This document shows positions 19,607-29,767 of a stretch of DNA of 64,000 bases, in pieces. The DNA is from Candidatus Oxydemutatoraceae bacterium. GTDB lineage: Bacteria; Pseudomonadota; Gammaproteobacteria; Poriferisulfidales; Oxydemutatoraceae. The position numbers and the translations under genes are program-made. The first letter of the stretch is position 1. Every line of letters begins with the position of its first letter. The notes beneath the pieces were generated by a model that saw only the letters and a list, made by a program, of their open reading frames with translations, ran no database searches and had not been told where the DNA came from. The DNA lies in the NCBI GenBank assembly GCA_965218975.1, contig OZ244717.1, positions 1,632,001-1,696,000 on the forward strand, written 5' to 3'.

Positions 19607-20127
19607 CAGAATACTCCCTGCAGAAGCATACTTGTCACCTCACGCCACTGCAACGGGTTGTGTAATCGGGTATCGCCCATTTCCATTACTTGAATTGTAT
19701 TGATTTGAAAATCCTTGGTAGATAAAACAATCTCCCCGATCATTTCGCGCTTACTCTTTTTGGGGAAATTTCCATATATCAAACTGATATGCGGCATATA
19801 ATGTGTCGCGGTCTGCGACAACAACTCGCAGGACAGATTATAAACTCCAGCCAAAGGTGATTGTAATTTAAGTTCAATGAATACACATTGGAAAAATTTC
19901 TTTCCTGATCTCAGTCGTTTGAACTTAGCCGAAAAAGGTGACGTTCGTTCGGCAATATCCCTTGCCGCATCACATACGACCGTTTCAATAGCGGATTTAC
20001 AACAATTTAAAGTAATATGCGGCGGAAAAACCGGTGTATCGTATCGTTCGGCGCAACGGATAATCCAAGCATTGATTTCGCGTCGCGTCTCCTTTGCCAG
20101 CCCTAGCCATAAGCAATAAGTATTCAT
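19606..20127 (-). CDS. 2H phosphoesterase superfamily protein (cyclic phosphodiesterase-like)
   Basis: Two HxT/S motifs (PHITL, PHISL) with FFQCVF between them, as in CPDase-type 2H enzymes. Confidence 0.8.
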   Translation of the reverse strand: MNTYCLWLGLAKETRREINAWIIRCAERYDTPVFPPHITLNCCKSAIETVVCDAARDIAERTSPFSAKFKRLRSGKKFFQCVFIELKLQSPLAGVYNLSCELLSQTATHYMPHISLIYGNFPKKSKREMIGEIVLSTKDFQINTIQVMEMGDTRLHNPLQWREVTSMLLQGVF

Positions 20128-20137
20128 TTAAAATCGC

Positions 20138-21535
20138 GTGTCCATGAACCAACATTTATTATTTCTAACCGGCAAACTTGCCAAACCTAGTTTGGAGAAA
20201 GTGCTTGCCGAATTAAAAACAGATTTTCAATACACTGTGCACGAACTGGGCTTAAGTGTCGCGGCGTTAATGACCACACAGATCATTATACGCCGTCTCA
20301 AAGAAACTTTCGGAGCGGACCGCATCATCTTACCGGGCAGATTTCGCGGTGATTTGGCGGTGCTGAGCGCACACTTCAATGTTCCTTTTGAACGAGGTCC
20401 CGAAGAGCTTAAGGATCTACCTGAATTTTTCGGCAAACAAAAAAAACAAATTGATTTAAGCAACTATGATCTTAAAATCTTCGGCGAAATTACCGAAGCG
20501 CCAAATATGACGCCCGAGCAAATTCTTACTCAAGCCCAAACATTTGCGGCGGACGGAGCGGATGTGATTGATCTCGGTTTTTTACCCGATACATCTTTTA
20601 ATCATCTGAAGGAAACAATTACGCTGTTAAAAGAACAAAATTTTCTGGTCAGCGTCGATACTCCCAATACCGATATACTTTTACAAGCGGGGCATTGGGG
20701 GGCGGATTATTTGTTGAGTCTCAACAGGCAAAATCTATGGATCGCCGATGAAGTGCCGGCAATTCCTATCTTAATTCCCGATTCGCCGGATAATAAATCG
20801 AGCTTATATCGCTGTATCGATCAATTATTGGAAAAACGACGCCCCTTTATTGCCGACCCCTTGCTCAGTCCGATACACCACGGTTTTACCGAGTCTATCG
20901 TCTCTTATCACCAACTCAGGCAACGCTATCCTGATATAGAAATGATGCTAGGCGTCGGCAACGTTACCGAGTTGACTCATGCCGACACCATAGGAATGAA
21001 CGCATTGTTACTTGGTATCGCTTCAGAAATCGGCATAAGGCATATCTTGACCACTCAAGTCAGCGAGCATTGCCGTAAAGCGATTAAAGAAGCTGATATT
21101 GCCAGACGGATTTTCTTTGCCGCCCGCCAAACCAATGCGACTCCCACCGGCATTGATAATCGCCTGATGGCAGTGCATGAAAGAAAGCCTTTTATTTATA
21201 GCGCCAAAGAAATCGCTTGTTTTGCCGAGCAAATTAAAGATCCCGGATTTCGTATCCAATTGAGCGCCAATGGAATCCATATTTACAATCGCGATATTCA
21301 TCAAGTCACAACCGACCCTTTTGACGCTTACCCTGATCTCGATGTATCCGCAGACGGCGGGCATGCTTTTTATTTAGGAGTTGAACTCGCGCGGGCGCAA
21401 ATTGCTTGGCAATTGGGTAAACGATATAATCAAGATGAAGAGCTGGCATGGGGATGCGCGCTAGAGAAAGAAGAAGAGGATATAACTCGCTTCAAAGAAG
21501 CAGGCACTACGCTTTTAGAAAAACGAAAAAGGTAA
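20138..21535 (+). CDS. Dihydropteroate synthase-like pterin-binding protein (H4MPT biosynthesis Orf20-like)
   Basis: LTGKLA, VAALMT, RGPEELKD, GADVIDLG, GNVTELT and HAFYLG.EL..A motifs; cluster context. Confidence 0.85.
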   Translation: MSMNQHLLFLTGKLAKPSLEKVLAELKTDFQYTVHELGLSVAALMTTQIIIRRLKETFGADRIILPGRFRGDLAVLSAHFNVPFERGPEELKDLPEFFGKQKKQIDLSNYDLKIFGEITEAPNMTPEQILTQAQTFAADGADVIDLGFLPDTSFNHLKETITLLKEQNFLVSVDTPNTDILLQAGHWGADYLLSLNRQNLWIADEVPAIPILIPDSPDNKSSLYRCIDQLLEKRRPFIADPLLSPIHHGFTESIVSYHQLRQRYPDIEMMLGVGNVTELTHADTIGMNALLLGIASEIGIRHILTTQVSEHCRKAIKEADIARRIFFAARQTNATPTGIDNRLMAVHERKPFIYSAKEIACFAEQIKDPGFRIQLSANGIHIYNRDIHQVTTDPFDAYPDLDVSADGGHAFYLGVELARAQIAWQLGKRYNQDEELAWGCALEKEEEDITRFKEAGTTLLEKRKR

Positions 21536-21589
21536 AAACAGTTTCATTAGAAAATAAATAGCAGCGAACGCGCATTATCTTCACAAGTT

Positions 21590-22150
21590 ATGATTCGGGA
21601 AACCATCGTTACCACACAAAATGAAAACGGCAGCACGCATATCGCTCCTATGGGCGTACATGTGCGCAAAGACAGTCTGATTCTCGCGCCTTTCAAACCT
21701 TCGACGACATTAAATAACCTTATACGCGAACGTGCCGCTGTAATCAATTACACCGCCGATGTACGTGTTTTTGCCGGATGTTTTACGGGTCGCCATCACT
21801 GGAAAATGATGCCGGCGAAAAAAATTTCCGGGGAACGGCTTGCTTCCACGCTCGCGCATAAAGAAGTCAACATCACATACATCGAACAAGATGAAATGCG
21901 CCCGCGCTTTCATTGTCAAACTATCCATAGCGAAATACACGCTCCTTTTGAAGGATTCAATCGCGCGCAAGCGGCAGTCATTGAACTCGCCATATTGGTC
22001 AGTCGATTAAATCGTCTGCCGCAAGAAAAAGTGGATCAAGAAATCGCTTATTTAAAGATTGCGCTTGATAAGACGGCCGGAGAAAATGAGCATACCGCAT
22101 GGCAATGGCTGATGAATAAAGTGGAACAATTCAAGCAATCAACGACATGA
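21590..22150 (+). CDS. DUF447 family protein (H4MPT-linked Orf19-like)
   Basis: IRETIVTT, HIAPMG, PFKPSTTL.N, FNRAQAAVIE and KTAG..E motifs. Confidence 0.85.
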   Translation: MIRETIVTTQNENGSTHIAPMGVHVRKDSLILAPFKPSTTLNNLIRERAAVINYTADVRVFAGCFTGRHHWKMMPAKKISGERLASTLAHKEVNITYIEQDEMRPRFHCQTIHSEIHAPFEGFNRAQAAVIELAILVSRLNRLPQEKVDQEIAYLKIALDKTAGENEHTAWQWLMNKVEQFKQSTT

Positions 22151-22851
22151 CTCATTTACTCGCTAGCGTTCGCGACGCGGAAGAAGCACGCATCGCGCTA
22201 AAAGCTTCCATCGGTTTGTTGGATTTGAAAAATCCGGAAAATGGCGCATTAGGAGCGGTTGATATTGAAATTGTGCGTGAATGCGTCCCATTGACAAAAG
22301 GTATTTGCCCTATCAGTGCCACTATTGGCGATCTACCGCTTAATCCGGCTATGGCATTAGAAAAAATCGCAGCATTGGCAAAATGCGGTGTAGATTATAT
22401 TAAAGTCGGAATGTTCAACCCTGAGTATTTAACGACCTACCCGGCGGCATGTAAAAACTGTGCGGACAAAACCGCTTTAGTCGCGGTCTTATTTGCGGAT
22501 CGTTTCCCGGTATTCGAAGGGCCGGTGCGCTTGCTCGCACGAGCAGGCTTTACTGGCGTAATGTTGGATACCGCAGACAAAAAATCCGGAACGTTGTGTG
22601 ATTGTGTCTCTATCGAGCAACTGCAAGCTTTCGTCGAGCAAACCCGGCAACTATCATTACTTTGCGGTCTTGCCGGCTCATTGCGACAAGAAGACATCTC
22701 CAAACTGACGGCGCTCAAACCCGACTACCTCGGTTTCAGAACGGCTTTATGTAAAAACGAACAGCGTAACGGTAAACTGTCATTAACGGCGCTACAAACG
22801 TTGCTTAACCTGATGCCATCGGCGACCTGCCCGATAAAAGCGGCGTCATAG
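22147..22851 (+). CDS. mfnB: (5-formylfuran-3-yl)methyl phosphate synthase (Orf22/MfnB family)
   Basis: LLASV...EA, D.KNP..GALGA, SATIGD, DYIKVG, MLDTA.K, GLAGSL and GFR.ALC motifs. Confidence 0.88.
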   Translation: MTHLLASVRDAEEARIALKASIGLLDLKNPENGALGAVDIEIVRECVPLTKGICPISATIGDLPLNPAMALEKIAALAKCGVDYIKVGMFNPEYLTTYPAACKNCADKTALVAVLFADRFPVFEGPVRLLARAGFTGVMLDTADKKSGTLCDCVSIEQLQAFVEQTRQLSLLCGLAGSLRQEDISKLTALKPDYLGFRTALCKNEQRNGKLSLTALQTLLNLMPSATCPIKAAS

Positions 22852-22869
22852 CAAAGCAACAATATTCAA

Positions 22870-24273
22870 TCACGCAACCCAATGTTTGTACGGAGCTGTA
22901 GATTGATGGTTTAATAATAGAAATAGGGACGAAACTTTATCTAACGTTTCCTGATATTCATCTAAACCGTCAGAATCTGCCACAATCCCACCGCCACCAT
23001 AAAAGCTAAACCGATCGCCCTGACGTACCGCGGTGCGGATTGCGACATTCAAATCCATATCTCCATGCCGACTTAAATAACCAATTGCGCCACAGTAAAC
23101 ATTGCGCCGGTCTGGTTCCAATTCTTCAATAATCTGCATCGCCCGCACTTTAGGCGCTCCGGTAATCGACCCGCCCGGAAAGCAACCTTCAAGTAAATCT
23201 AACGCATCCTTATCGGCACGTAAATCGCCTTCAATTGTGCTGACCAAATGATGCACATTAGCGAATGTTTCAACGTCAAAAAGATTGCTTACATGTACCG
23301 ATGAAAAACGACAATTTTTACTGATATCATTCCGAATCAAGTCGACAATCATCAGATTTTCGGCACGGTCTTTATGACTATTTTTTAATTCCACAATTTG
23401 TTGATAATCGGAGTCGAAGTTCTGTAAACGCGGACGCGTTCCTTTGATCGGTTTGGTAATGATATGCCCGGCTTTGATTTGTAAAAACCTTTCGGGAGAA
23501 ATACTCAACACCTGAAAATCATCGAAATTGATATAGGCTGAAAACGGCGCGGCATTCAGCTGTCGAAGGCGCCGATATGCTTGCCAAGAATCCCCTTCCA
23601 CCAGTACTGAAAACTTCTGAGCAAGATTTACTTGATAACAATCGCCGGCATATATGTAGTCGATCACTTGATTAAATTTGTCCAAATAAGCTTGCTTACT
23701 CATATTACAAACCGGTTTGCTTATCACTCGAAACGGATGCACGCTACGTTTAGTTCGATGATTAACAAGCATCTCATAAACGGCATTAAAATCTATATTT
23801 TTATCGTGCACGTCACGCAAGCCGATAAATGTGGTTTGTCGCGCGGCATGATCTACGATAACCGCCCAATCATAAATCCCTAATTGCATCTCCGGAAGTA
23901 AATCCCCACTATGCTTGCTATCAGGCAAGTCTTCAAATCGCCGCCCGAGATCATAGCCAAAATAGCCGATTGCACCGGTTAAAAACGGATAAGTTTCAAG
24001 AGTTTTCAGCGGCGTAAGATAAGCTCTAACCACATGTAAAGGGTTGCCTGTGTATCGTTCTTCCGAACCTGCCGCACCTCGTACTGTCGTCCTACCGTAT
24101 TGACTGCTAATAATTACCCGCGGCAATGCCGCCAAAATGTCGAACCGCCCGCAGCTGCCGCCCAAACAATTACTATCTAAAAAAACCGCTCCCGACAAAT
24201 TCGCGATACGATCAAACAGTTGAGCGCTATCTTGTTCATATCGCAATCGTTTGATGAATACTTTCTGTTCCAT
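22870..24273 (-). CDS. pabB: Aminodeoxychorismate synthase component I
   Basis: GDCYQVN, SPERFL, PIKGTRPR, AENLMIVDL.RND and FPGGSITGAPK motifs. Confidence 0.93.
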   Translation of the reverse strand: MEQKVFIKRLRYEQDSAQLFDRIANLSGAVFLDSNCLGGSCGRFDILAALPRVIISSQYGRTTVRGAAGSEERYTGNPLHVVRAYLTPLKTLETYPFLTGAIGYFGYDLGRRFEDLPDSKHSGDLLPEMQLGIYDWAVIVDHAARQTTFIGLRDVHDKNIDFNAVYEMLVNHRTKRSVHPFRVISKPVCNMSKQAYLDKFNQVIDYIYAGDCYQVNLAQKFSVLVEGDSWQAYRRLRQLNAAPFSAYINFDDFQVLSISPERFLQIKAGHIITKPIKGTRPRLQNFDSDYQQIVELKNSHKDRAENLMIVDLIRNDISKNCRFSSVHVSNLFDVETFANVHHLVSTIEGDLRADKDALDLLEGCFPGGSITGAPKVRAMQIIEELEPDRRNVYCGAIGYLSRHGDMDLNVAIRTAVRQGDRFSFYGGGGIVADSDGLDEYQETLDKVSSLFLLLNHQSTAPYKHWVA

Positions 24274-24391
24274 AGCCCTTATTTATCACCTATAACACTA
24301 TGATTAGTAACAATATATCATTACTTGCAGTCCGATTCTTATACTCTCTATCGTCATTTTTCTTCAAGGAAAAGTATTGACTGATGTATGC

Positions 24392-25459
24392 CTATAAGAT
24401 GCGTTTCAAACGATCATTGCAGTATTTCCGGTATAACATCCAAGCGAGTGCAAGCGCCGATGCATAGTCGGTCGCATGATGATCCTTTGCCGCATACAAC
24501 GTGGCAAAATCAAGATATGGCGCTGCCGAAATTGATGCAATTTCCTTGACTAAAAAATTACCGACGCCCGCGCCTACTAGCGTTGTATGATTTAAACGAT
24601 ATTTGGCGCATAGATCGCGATAAGCATGCACGATCTTTATTTGTTGTTGATTGGCAATATGCTCTGCCAAGCGCAACCATATATCCGGACTTCCTGAGAA
24701 ATCATCACCAAACATCCGCGCAAAGCGCGAGATACTTTCAGTGATATTCTTACCTTTTCCATCACAACTCGGATATTGATCCGCATCCGCGGGCAACTTT
24801 TTAAGCAAACGGTACATATCTGCGGCATTAGCAAAATGTTCGGCGACAATCGGAAACTGTCGTCCGTTGATTTCAGCAGCTGAAGCAATCGCCATAATCG
24901 GAGTGCGTACAACACCGGTATATACCAATGTGCCCGACATTAGCCTTGCTCTATCATTCCAATCTTTTGTGCTCGCCACCTCCAATACTTTGCCATCGGA
25001 AAACGGCGCAAGGTCGGTGGTAGTACTGCCGATATCAATCAAAACGCCTTGAGCAAGATATGCCGCGGCGCATGTTGCGGTCGCATGCCAATTACTTGAA
25101 GCAACCGCCATTGGCATTTTTCGCGCAACCACGTTATCCACTAGTCCTTGATTTCCGGCATATACCCAAAACGGTTGCTGCAACAAATTACCGATGATTG
25201 TTAGAATCTTTGTTACCCCTTCATAACGACTATCGAAACAATCTGCCATCTCTCCGGTCATTGTCACTGCATGATAAATTGTATGATTCGTCGGAACATT
25301 CATTGCAGTATATGCTTGAGGAAATGCGGTGATTAATTTATCTACTCCGCGCCAAAGAGGACATGGGCATTGAATGCTTGCGACCATTTTTCCCGCACCA
25401 TTCAAACATGCTGCTTTGAGGTGCGCGCCACCGATATCCCAACCGATATAATTGTTCAC
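24392..25459 (-). CDS. Hydantoinase/oxoprolinase-like H4MPT-linked C1 protein (Orf9/MfnF-like)
   Basis: GWDIGGAHLK, TMTGEMAD.F, ASSNW.A, DIGSTTTD and YTGVVRTP motifs. Confidence 0.88.
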   Translation of the reverse strand: MNNYIGWDIGGAHLKAACLNGAGKMVASIQCPCPLWRGVDKLITAFPQAYTAMNVPTNHTIYHAVTMTGEMADCFDSRYEGVTKILTIIGNLLQQPFWVYAGNQGLVDNVVARKMPMAVASSNWHATATCAAAYLAQGVLIDIGSTTTDLAPFSDGKVLEVASTKDWNDRARLMSGTLVYTGVVRTPIMAIASAAEINGRQFPIVAEHFANAADMYRLLKKLPADADQYPSCDGKGKNITESISRFARMFGDDFSGSPDIWLRLAEHIANQQQIKIVHAYRDLCAKYRLNHTTLVGAGVGNFLVKEIASISAAPYLDFATLYAAKDHHATDYASALALAWMLYRKYCNDRLKRIL

Positions 25460-26445
25460 GATGCCGGCGTTATTTGTTGAGCGAGCGAGAAAATTAACTT
25501 TGCCGGATTAATGTTAATTGCATCCGATAATCCGATATAGGACAACGTCAAACGTGGATTGATTTCTAAGACCGATAGTGACCCCCGATGCACCAAAAAA
25601 TCAATTCCAACATAACCTGCAAGCCCGGGAATTGCGTAACTAATGTCTTGGGAGAGTTGTTCAAGATACAACCCGTCCCGATCTAGTTCATTTGCTTTGC
25701 AGCCACGTAACAATATCGTGCTTTCTTTGCGCTCGATACATTGTATGTTCGCCGATAATAGATGCGCCTGCGATGGATGGTACACGACACTTAAGCTTGC
25801 CGCTTGTCCGGATAAATAAGGTTGTACAACATAACGTGCCATTCCTTGTGACGAATCGGACAACCACACTGAGCGATTATTTATTCTTTCTGCGGTCAAG
25901 CGCGCCAATTGCTGCGGCGTTTCAATGATATATTGCCCTTCACAACCGATTCCATCGTCCGGTTTCAATATGATTGGAAATGAAAAAGGAATATCTTCCG
26001 CGGACATTTCTTGCTCCCATAGCCGGGTTTCAACACAGCGAATTCCGGCTTGTTGCAAAGCTTTCACGGTTAGCAGCTTGCTTGAGGCAATTGAAACCGC
26101 ACTTGAACCGCTGCTCAGCAGAGTACAAGCTTTCCGTTCGGATAGCTGGCATAGACGTAGAAGCTCGCCATTCGTTTCCGGAGCGATAGGTATGAATGCA
26201 TCGCAACGCACCAACAATTCTTCTAATACCGAAAAATAATCATCCGTTTGTACCGGCACAACCGTTGCCGCAAAATCTACCGGCGCTAAGCGCCGATCGC
26301 GTATCAATATCAACTCTGCTTGCGGAATTTCCTGCAAATCTCTACCCAGCGCGTTCAGCATCCGATCTCCTTCTTTACGTAAACTAACGGGTGGTAGTAC
26401 TTCCGGCGCACTGCCGGTAAAATACTCAAATAACAGAATCTTCAT
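25456..26445 (-). CDS. ATP-grasp protein (MfnD/tyramine-glutamate ligase-like)
   Basis: EG..ML.AL, IAPET.G.L, KPDDG.GC, G..GYVGID and EINPRLT.SY.GL motifs. Confidence 0.85.
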   Translation of the reverse strand: MKILLFEYFTGSAPEVLPPVSLRKEGDRMLNALGRDLQEIPQAELILIRDRRLAPVDFAATVVPVQTDDYFSVLEELLVRCDAFIPIAPETNGELLRLCQLSERKACTLLSSGSSAVSIASSKLLTVKALQQAGIRCVETRLWEQEMSAEDIPFSFPIILKPDDGIGCEGQYIIETPQQLARLTAERINNRSVWLSDSSQGMARYVVQPYLSGQAASLSVVYHPSQAHLLSANIQCIERKESTILLRGCKANELDRDGLYLEQLSQDISYAIPGLAGYVGIDFLVHRGSLSVLEINPRLTLSYIGLSDAININPAKLIFSLAQQITPAS

Positions 26446-26456
26446 TTGAACGTTTT

Positions 26457-27152
26457 ATGCTAAAGCTAATACCTGCAATTGATCTTAAAAATGGTTGGGT
26501 CGTCCGCGCTAACGCCGGCGAGCGAAAAAGCTATCGCCCGTTAGCGACACCCCTGTTTCCTTCCGCTATTCCAAAAAAAGTATTGGAATTCTTATACCGG
26601 CGCTTGCAATTTCGCACATTTTATTTTGCTGACCTAGACGCCATTATGCAGACAGGAAACAATCAAAAAATCATACTTAAATTTCTCGAAACTCACACGG
26701 ATACTGTCTGTTGGGTAGATGCGGGGGTCCGCCGACAACACGACTACCTGCAATTAAAGAAATTGCATCCCAATATAATACCAATTATACCGACAGAAAC
26801 ATTGTGCGACATCGCTTTGTTAAAAACAGCTGCCGGCGACAATTATATTTTGTCACTTGATTTCAGAAATCATCGCTTACTAGGCATAAGAGAAATTTTA
26901 GAACAATACGATGATTGGCCAAAGACAGTTATCGCGCTATCACTAGATGCGATCGGCAGCAATACGCCTGACTTTACAGTACTCAATCAAGCACTCCGGC
27001 ATCAACGGCAAAACCGCCGCAAAAACGAGCTAAAACGGCAAGTATTTTTTGGCGGCGGAGTACGCAATGGCGAGGACTTGCGAACCATCCGCAAAGCAGG
27101 CGCTGCCGGCGTGCTAATTGCGGCTGCGTTGTACGACGGTGTACTGCCCTAA
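26457..27152 (+). CDS. HisA/HisF-like TIM-barrel protein (H4MPT-linked Orf17-like)
   Basis: IPAIDLKNG.VV.A..G.R..YRP, YFADLDAI, WVDAG and GGGVR motifs. Confidence 0.85.
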   Translation: MLKLIPAIDLKNGWVVRANAGERKSYRPLATPLFPSAIPKKVLEFLYRRLQFRTFYFADLDAIMQTGNNQKIILKFLETHTDTVCWVDAGVRRQHDYLQLKKLHPNIIPIIPTETLCDIALLKTAAGDNYILSLDFRNHRLLGIREILEQYDDWPKTVIALSLDAIGSNTPDFTVLNQALRHQRQNRRKNELKRQVFFGGGVRNGEDLRTIRKAGAAGVLIAAALYDGVLP

Positions 27153-27183
27153 AAGGTCGCCAATAAAGCAAAGCGGAGAGAAT

Positions 27184-28425
27184 TTACGAGCGCCGCTCGC
27201 CACCTCGCACGATGCGCAACGGCAGACTTTGCTCTCCTTGACGAATTTGCCGCCGCCATCGCGATTGGCCTAGCTGCCGATTCTGAAAGTGAGAAGGTTT
27301 AATTTTGTCACCACTCTCCTGTAGCTCGTCCAGTGACGGACCTGCGAAGCAACAATAGGATTGCGCGGTTTCATAAATCTGCAACTCATTCAGATTCGGC
27401 AAATAATGAATGAGCCGCTCCCAAATAAACAAACTAATGTGTTCCGTACTCGAACGCCATGCTAAGGACGGGTCTGCAAGATTTAGGCTCTGATGGTCCA
27501 ACTGTTTAATAACCTCTCGCTCCACCACTGATTTCAGATAGCCATAATCAACGACAAATCCGGTTTGCGGATCAATTCGATCATGTACTTTGACAATCAA
27601 ATCGTATCGCCCGCCATGTAGATTGGAACATTTGCCGGGGTGGTCGGTAATAAAGTGTGCGCAATCAAATGTCAACTGTTTCGCGACTGTTGCTTGCGGT
27701 TGAGGGGAATAATAACGCTCCGACACGCCCGGAATATCTTCAATCTGAGGCTTTAAAATATTCAATAGCGTCCTTGAATCATTACGCATCAAAGTCCGCA
27801 GTATATATTGCCTGCCTTGTCCGTTCAGCAACCGGAATCGGATACCGAAATACCGCTCGAAAATTTCTTGCAGACGCTCGGCAATAGTTTGATCATTGAC
27901 TGTGAAAAAAACATAACCGCCGTAAAAAGCGCTGCTTGCCGCAAGCAGAATTGCGCTAAAAAGCAACCATTCGCTCACACTCCAATCTTGAGTAATCGAT
28001 TCGCTCTCGGCTGTGGCATTTTGCCGCCTTGCTTTTAGATGGTTCAATGCAACGACTCGATGCGTCGTGCGATTGAATATGTATTCCTGCCGAAATTGAA
28101 ATCCGAACGGCTGCAAACGTTCCTTCAAATAGAGCAGTTGGTCCAATTGTCGAACTTCCCCCGCAATATAACAAAACAAATCATCGTGTTTCAATTTCCC
28201 GGCGAATTGTAAAGCGGTGAAAATAATCCTCGCCTCACGTGTGACGGCGCCACAGTGAGCATAACCGTCTATCGATTCCTGTTGGTTGATTAGTTCATGC
28301 GCAACAAGCACGTCAAGCGACAAACTATAACGCAACGCATATTCCTGCAGGGTCAAACCCGAACACCGAAGCAAATGTTTGTTGTCAAGCGGTTTCACCG
28401 ATTGACCGCATTCCAAACACTGCAT
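27184..28425 (-). CDS. Fusion protein: N-terminal Zn-finger-like, central LAGLIDADG-like and C-terminal QueD/6-pyruvoyl-tetrahydropterin synthase-like domains
   Basis: C-terminal FDCAH...CSNLHGG...GFVVDY...LDH..LN...E.I...IYET; N-terminal CLECG...HLL.C.GLTLQEYA; GGAGG RBS before ATG 28425. The PTPS-like domain is well supported; the other two are tentative. Confidence 0.75.
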   Translation of the reverse strand: MQCLECGQSVKPLDNKHLLRCSGLTLQEYALRYSLSLDVLVAHELINQQESIDGYAHCGAVTREARIIFTALQFAGKLKHDDLFCYIAGEVRQLDQLLYLKERLQPFGFQFRQEYIFNRTTHRVVALNHLKARRQNATAESESITQDWSVSEWLLFSAILLAASSAFYGGYVFFTVNDQTIAERLQEIFERYFGIRFRLLNGQGRQYILRTLMRNDSRTLLNILKPQIEDIPGVSERYYSPQPQATVAKQLTFDCAHFITDHPGKCSNLHGGRYDLIVKVHDRIDPQTGFVVDYGYLKSVVEREVIKQLDHQSLNLADPSLAWRSSTEHISLFIWERLIHYLPNLNELQIYETAQSYCCFAGPSLDELQESGDKIKPSHFQNRQLGQSRWRRQIRQGEQSLPLRIVRGGERRS

Positions 28426-28609
28426 AGAAACCTCCCAAAGTTCCGGCACAAGCTGCTATTTTACCGCATCCTGAGAAAAGCCAACCTCTATCATAGTCCC
28501 ACCGCAAGCAGAATTTACCCCATTGCGCTCTAAAGAACCTAACTGCCGAACACAAAATGCATCAAATCAAAAGATCCATGCTAAAGTATACCCATAAAGC
28601 ACTTTTAAC
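28112..28609. repeat. Left copy of a decayed long direct repeat (partner 30803-31159)
   Basis: Colinear blocks such as AAATCATCG.TTTCAATTTCCC, TTGATTAGTTCATG, GCAAGCAGAATTTACC and AACTGCCGAACA occur in both copies. Confidence 0.85.
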
Positions 28610-28705
28610 AAAGTGCTGCAACCGAACCGGAATACCGATGCGCCATGCTTCGGTGGAGCAACCGTGCCCACGGTTGCTTTTATCTTTGAGGCCAAACAAA
28701 TACAA

Positions 28706-29692
28706 ATGAAAAGATACCTTGTATATCATTCCACCATCCGACGGTCCAACGGTTTAGACCATGAAATCGCCAACTTAATGTGTTTTCTGAGAGAGGCATT
28801 TCTTTTAAATAGAATTCCTGTAATTACAAAACCAAACCTTCATAAAAGAAATAATCTTGACTATTCCACCGAACATATGGACTGGGATATGTTTATTGAT
28901 TTAGATTATGAAAAGAAAATAATTAAACTAAAACGCAAAGAAATGGAAATAATCGGATTAAAAGAATTCGGAGGACTAAAGTTTAAAAAAGAGCAAATAG
29001 CTAAAGTGGGACCTAAACAAAAAGTGCCCGAAGAAGTTAAAGATAAACCTTTAGTTATTCGTTATGTTAACACTTCGCTATGGAAAAAGTCTCAATACCG
29101 CAATCTGCACACCATTCAACTTGGCGATGCAGAGCCTTCTGCTTATGTTCAAAAAATTGGCAATACTGTGGTTGAAAATCTACCACAAGATTTTGTATAT
29201 CTGCATATAAGAAGAGAAGACCGGCTTTATAAGAATAACAAACCACATCTCAAAATTTTTACATCGCCCTTTTATGTCAAAATCTTCCTAAATTCATATA
29301 TCGGCAAAGGCCGGGATATATATTTAGGCACAGACGAAAAAGATCGCAACTTCTTTGATAATTTAAACAAGGATTATCAAATAATCACTTATAGAAATTA
29401 TCCTCAACTTAAAAAACTTATCAGCGCGGAAGATAATAATAAACCAAACAATTACTTGCTTTATACTATAGAAAGGTATATTGGTAAGAAGAGTTCCCTC
29501 AAAATAGAAACCACCAAAAAACTTGCAATCAAAAACGGCATTGAACTTGAACTTTGTCCCGAATACATGAGAAAAATATTTCCTTTCCTTCGAAACAACA
29601 GATTGGGGGAAATAATCATTGCAACCTTGGGTTATGTACACCTATTATTCCTTTTACTAAAATATCCATTTCGTCAAAAACCTAAAGTTTGA
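28706..29692 (+). CDS. O-fucosyltransferase-like (GT-B) protein, AT-rich
   Basis: YLHIRREDR and IYLGTDE resemble the H.RR.D and Y.ATDE motifs of GDP-fucose transferases; C-terminal hydrophobic segment. Start reassigned to ATG 28706. Confidence 0.6.
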   Translation: MKRYLVYHSTIRRSNGLDHEIANLMCFLREAFLLNRIPVITKPNLHKRNNLDYSTEHMDWDMFIDLDYEKKIIKLKRKEMEIIGLKEFGGLKFKKEQIAKVGPKQKVPEEVKDKPLVIRYVNTSLWKKSQYRNLHTIQLGDAEPSAYVQKIGNTVVENLPQDFVYLHIRREDRLYKNNKPHLKIFTSPFYVKIFLNSYIGKGRDIYLGTDEKDRNFFDNLNKDYQIITYRNYPQLKKLISAEDNNKPNNYLLYTIERYIGKKSSLKIETTKKLAIKNGIELELCPEYMRKIFPFLRNNRLGEIIIATLGYVHLLFLLLKYPFRQKPKV

Positions 29693-29767
29693 CATCCTTT
29701 ACCGGAAATTGCCATCACAATGCAGCCATTAGAAAAACTGTAACTTTTTAATCAATCCCAACTTCTC

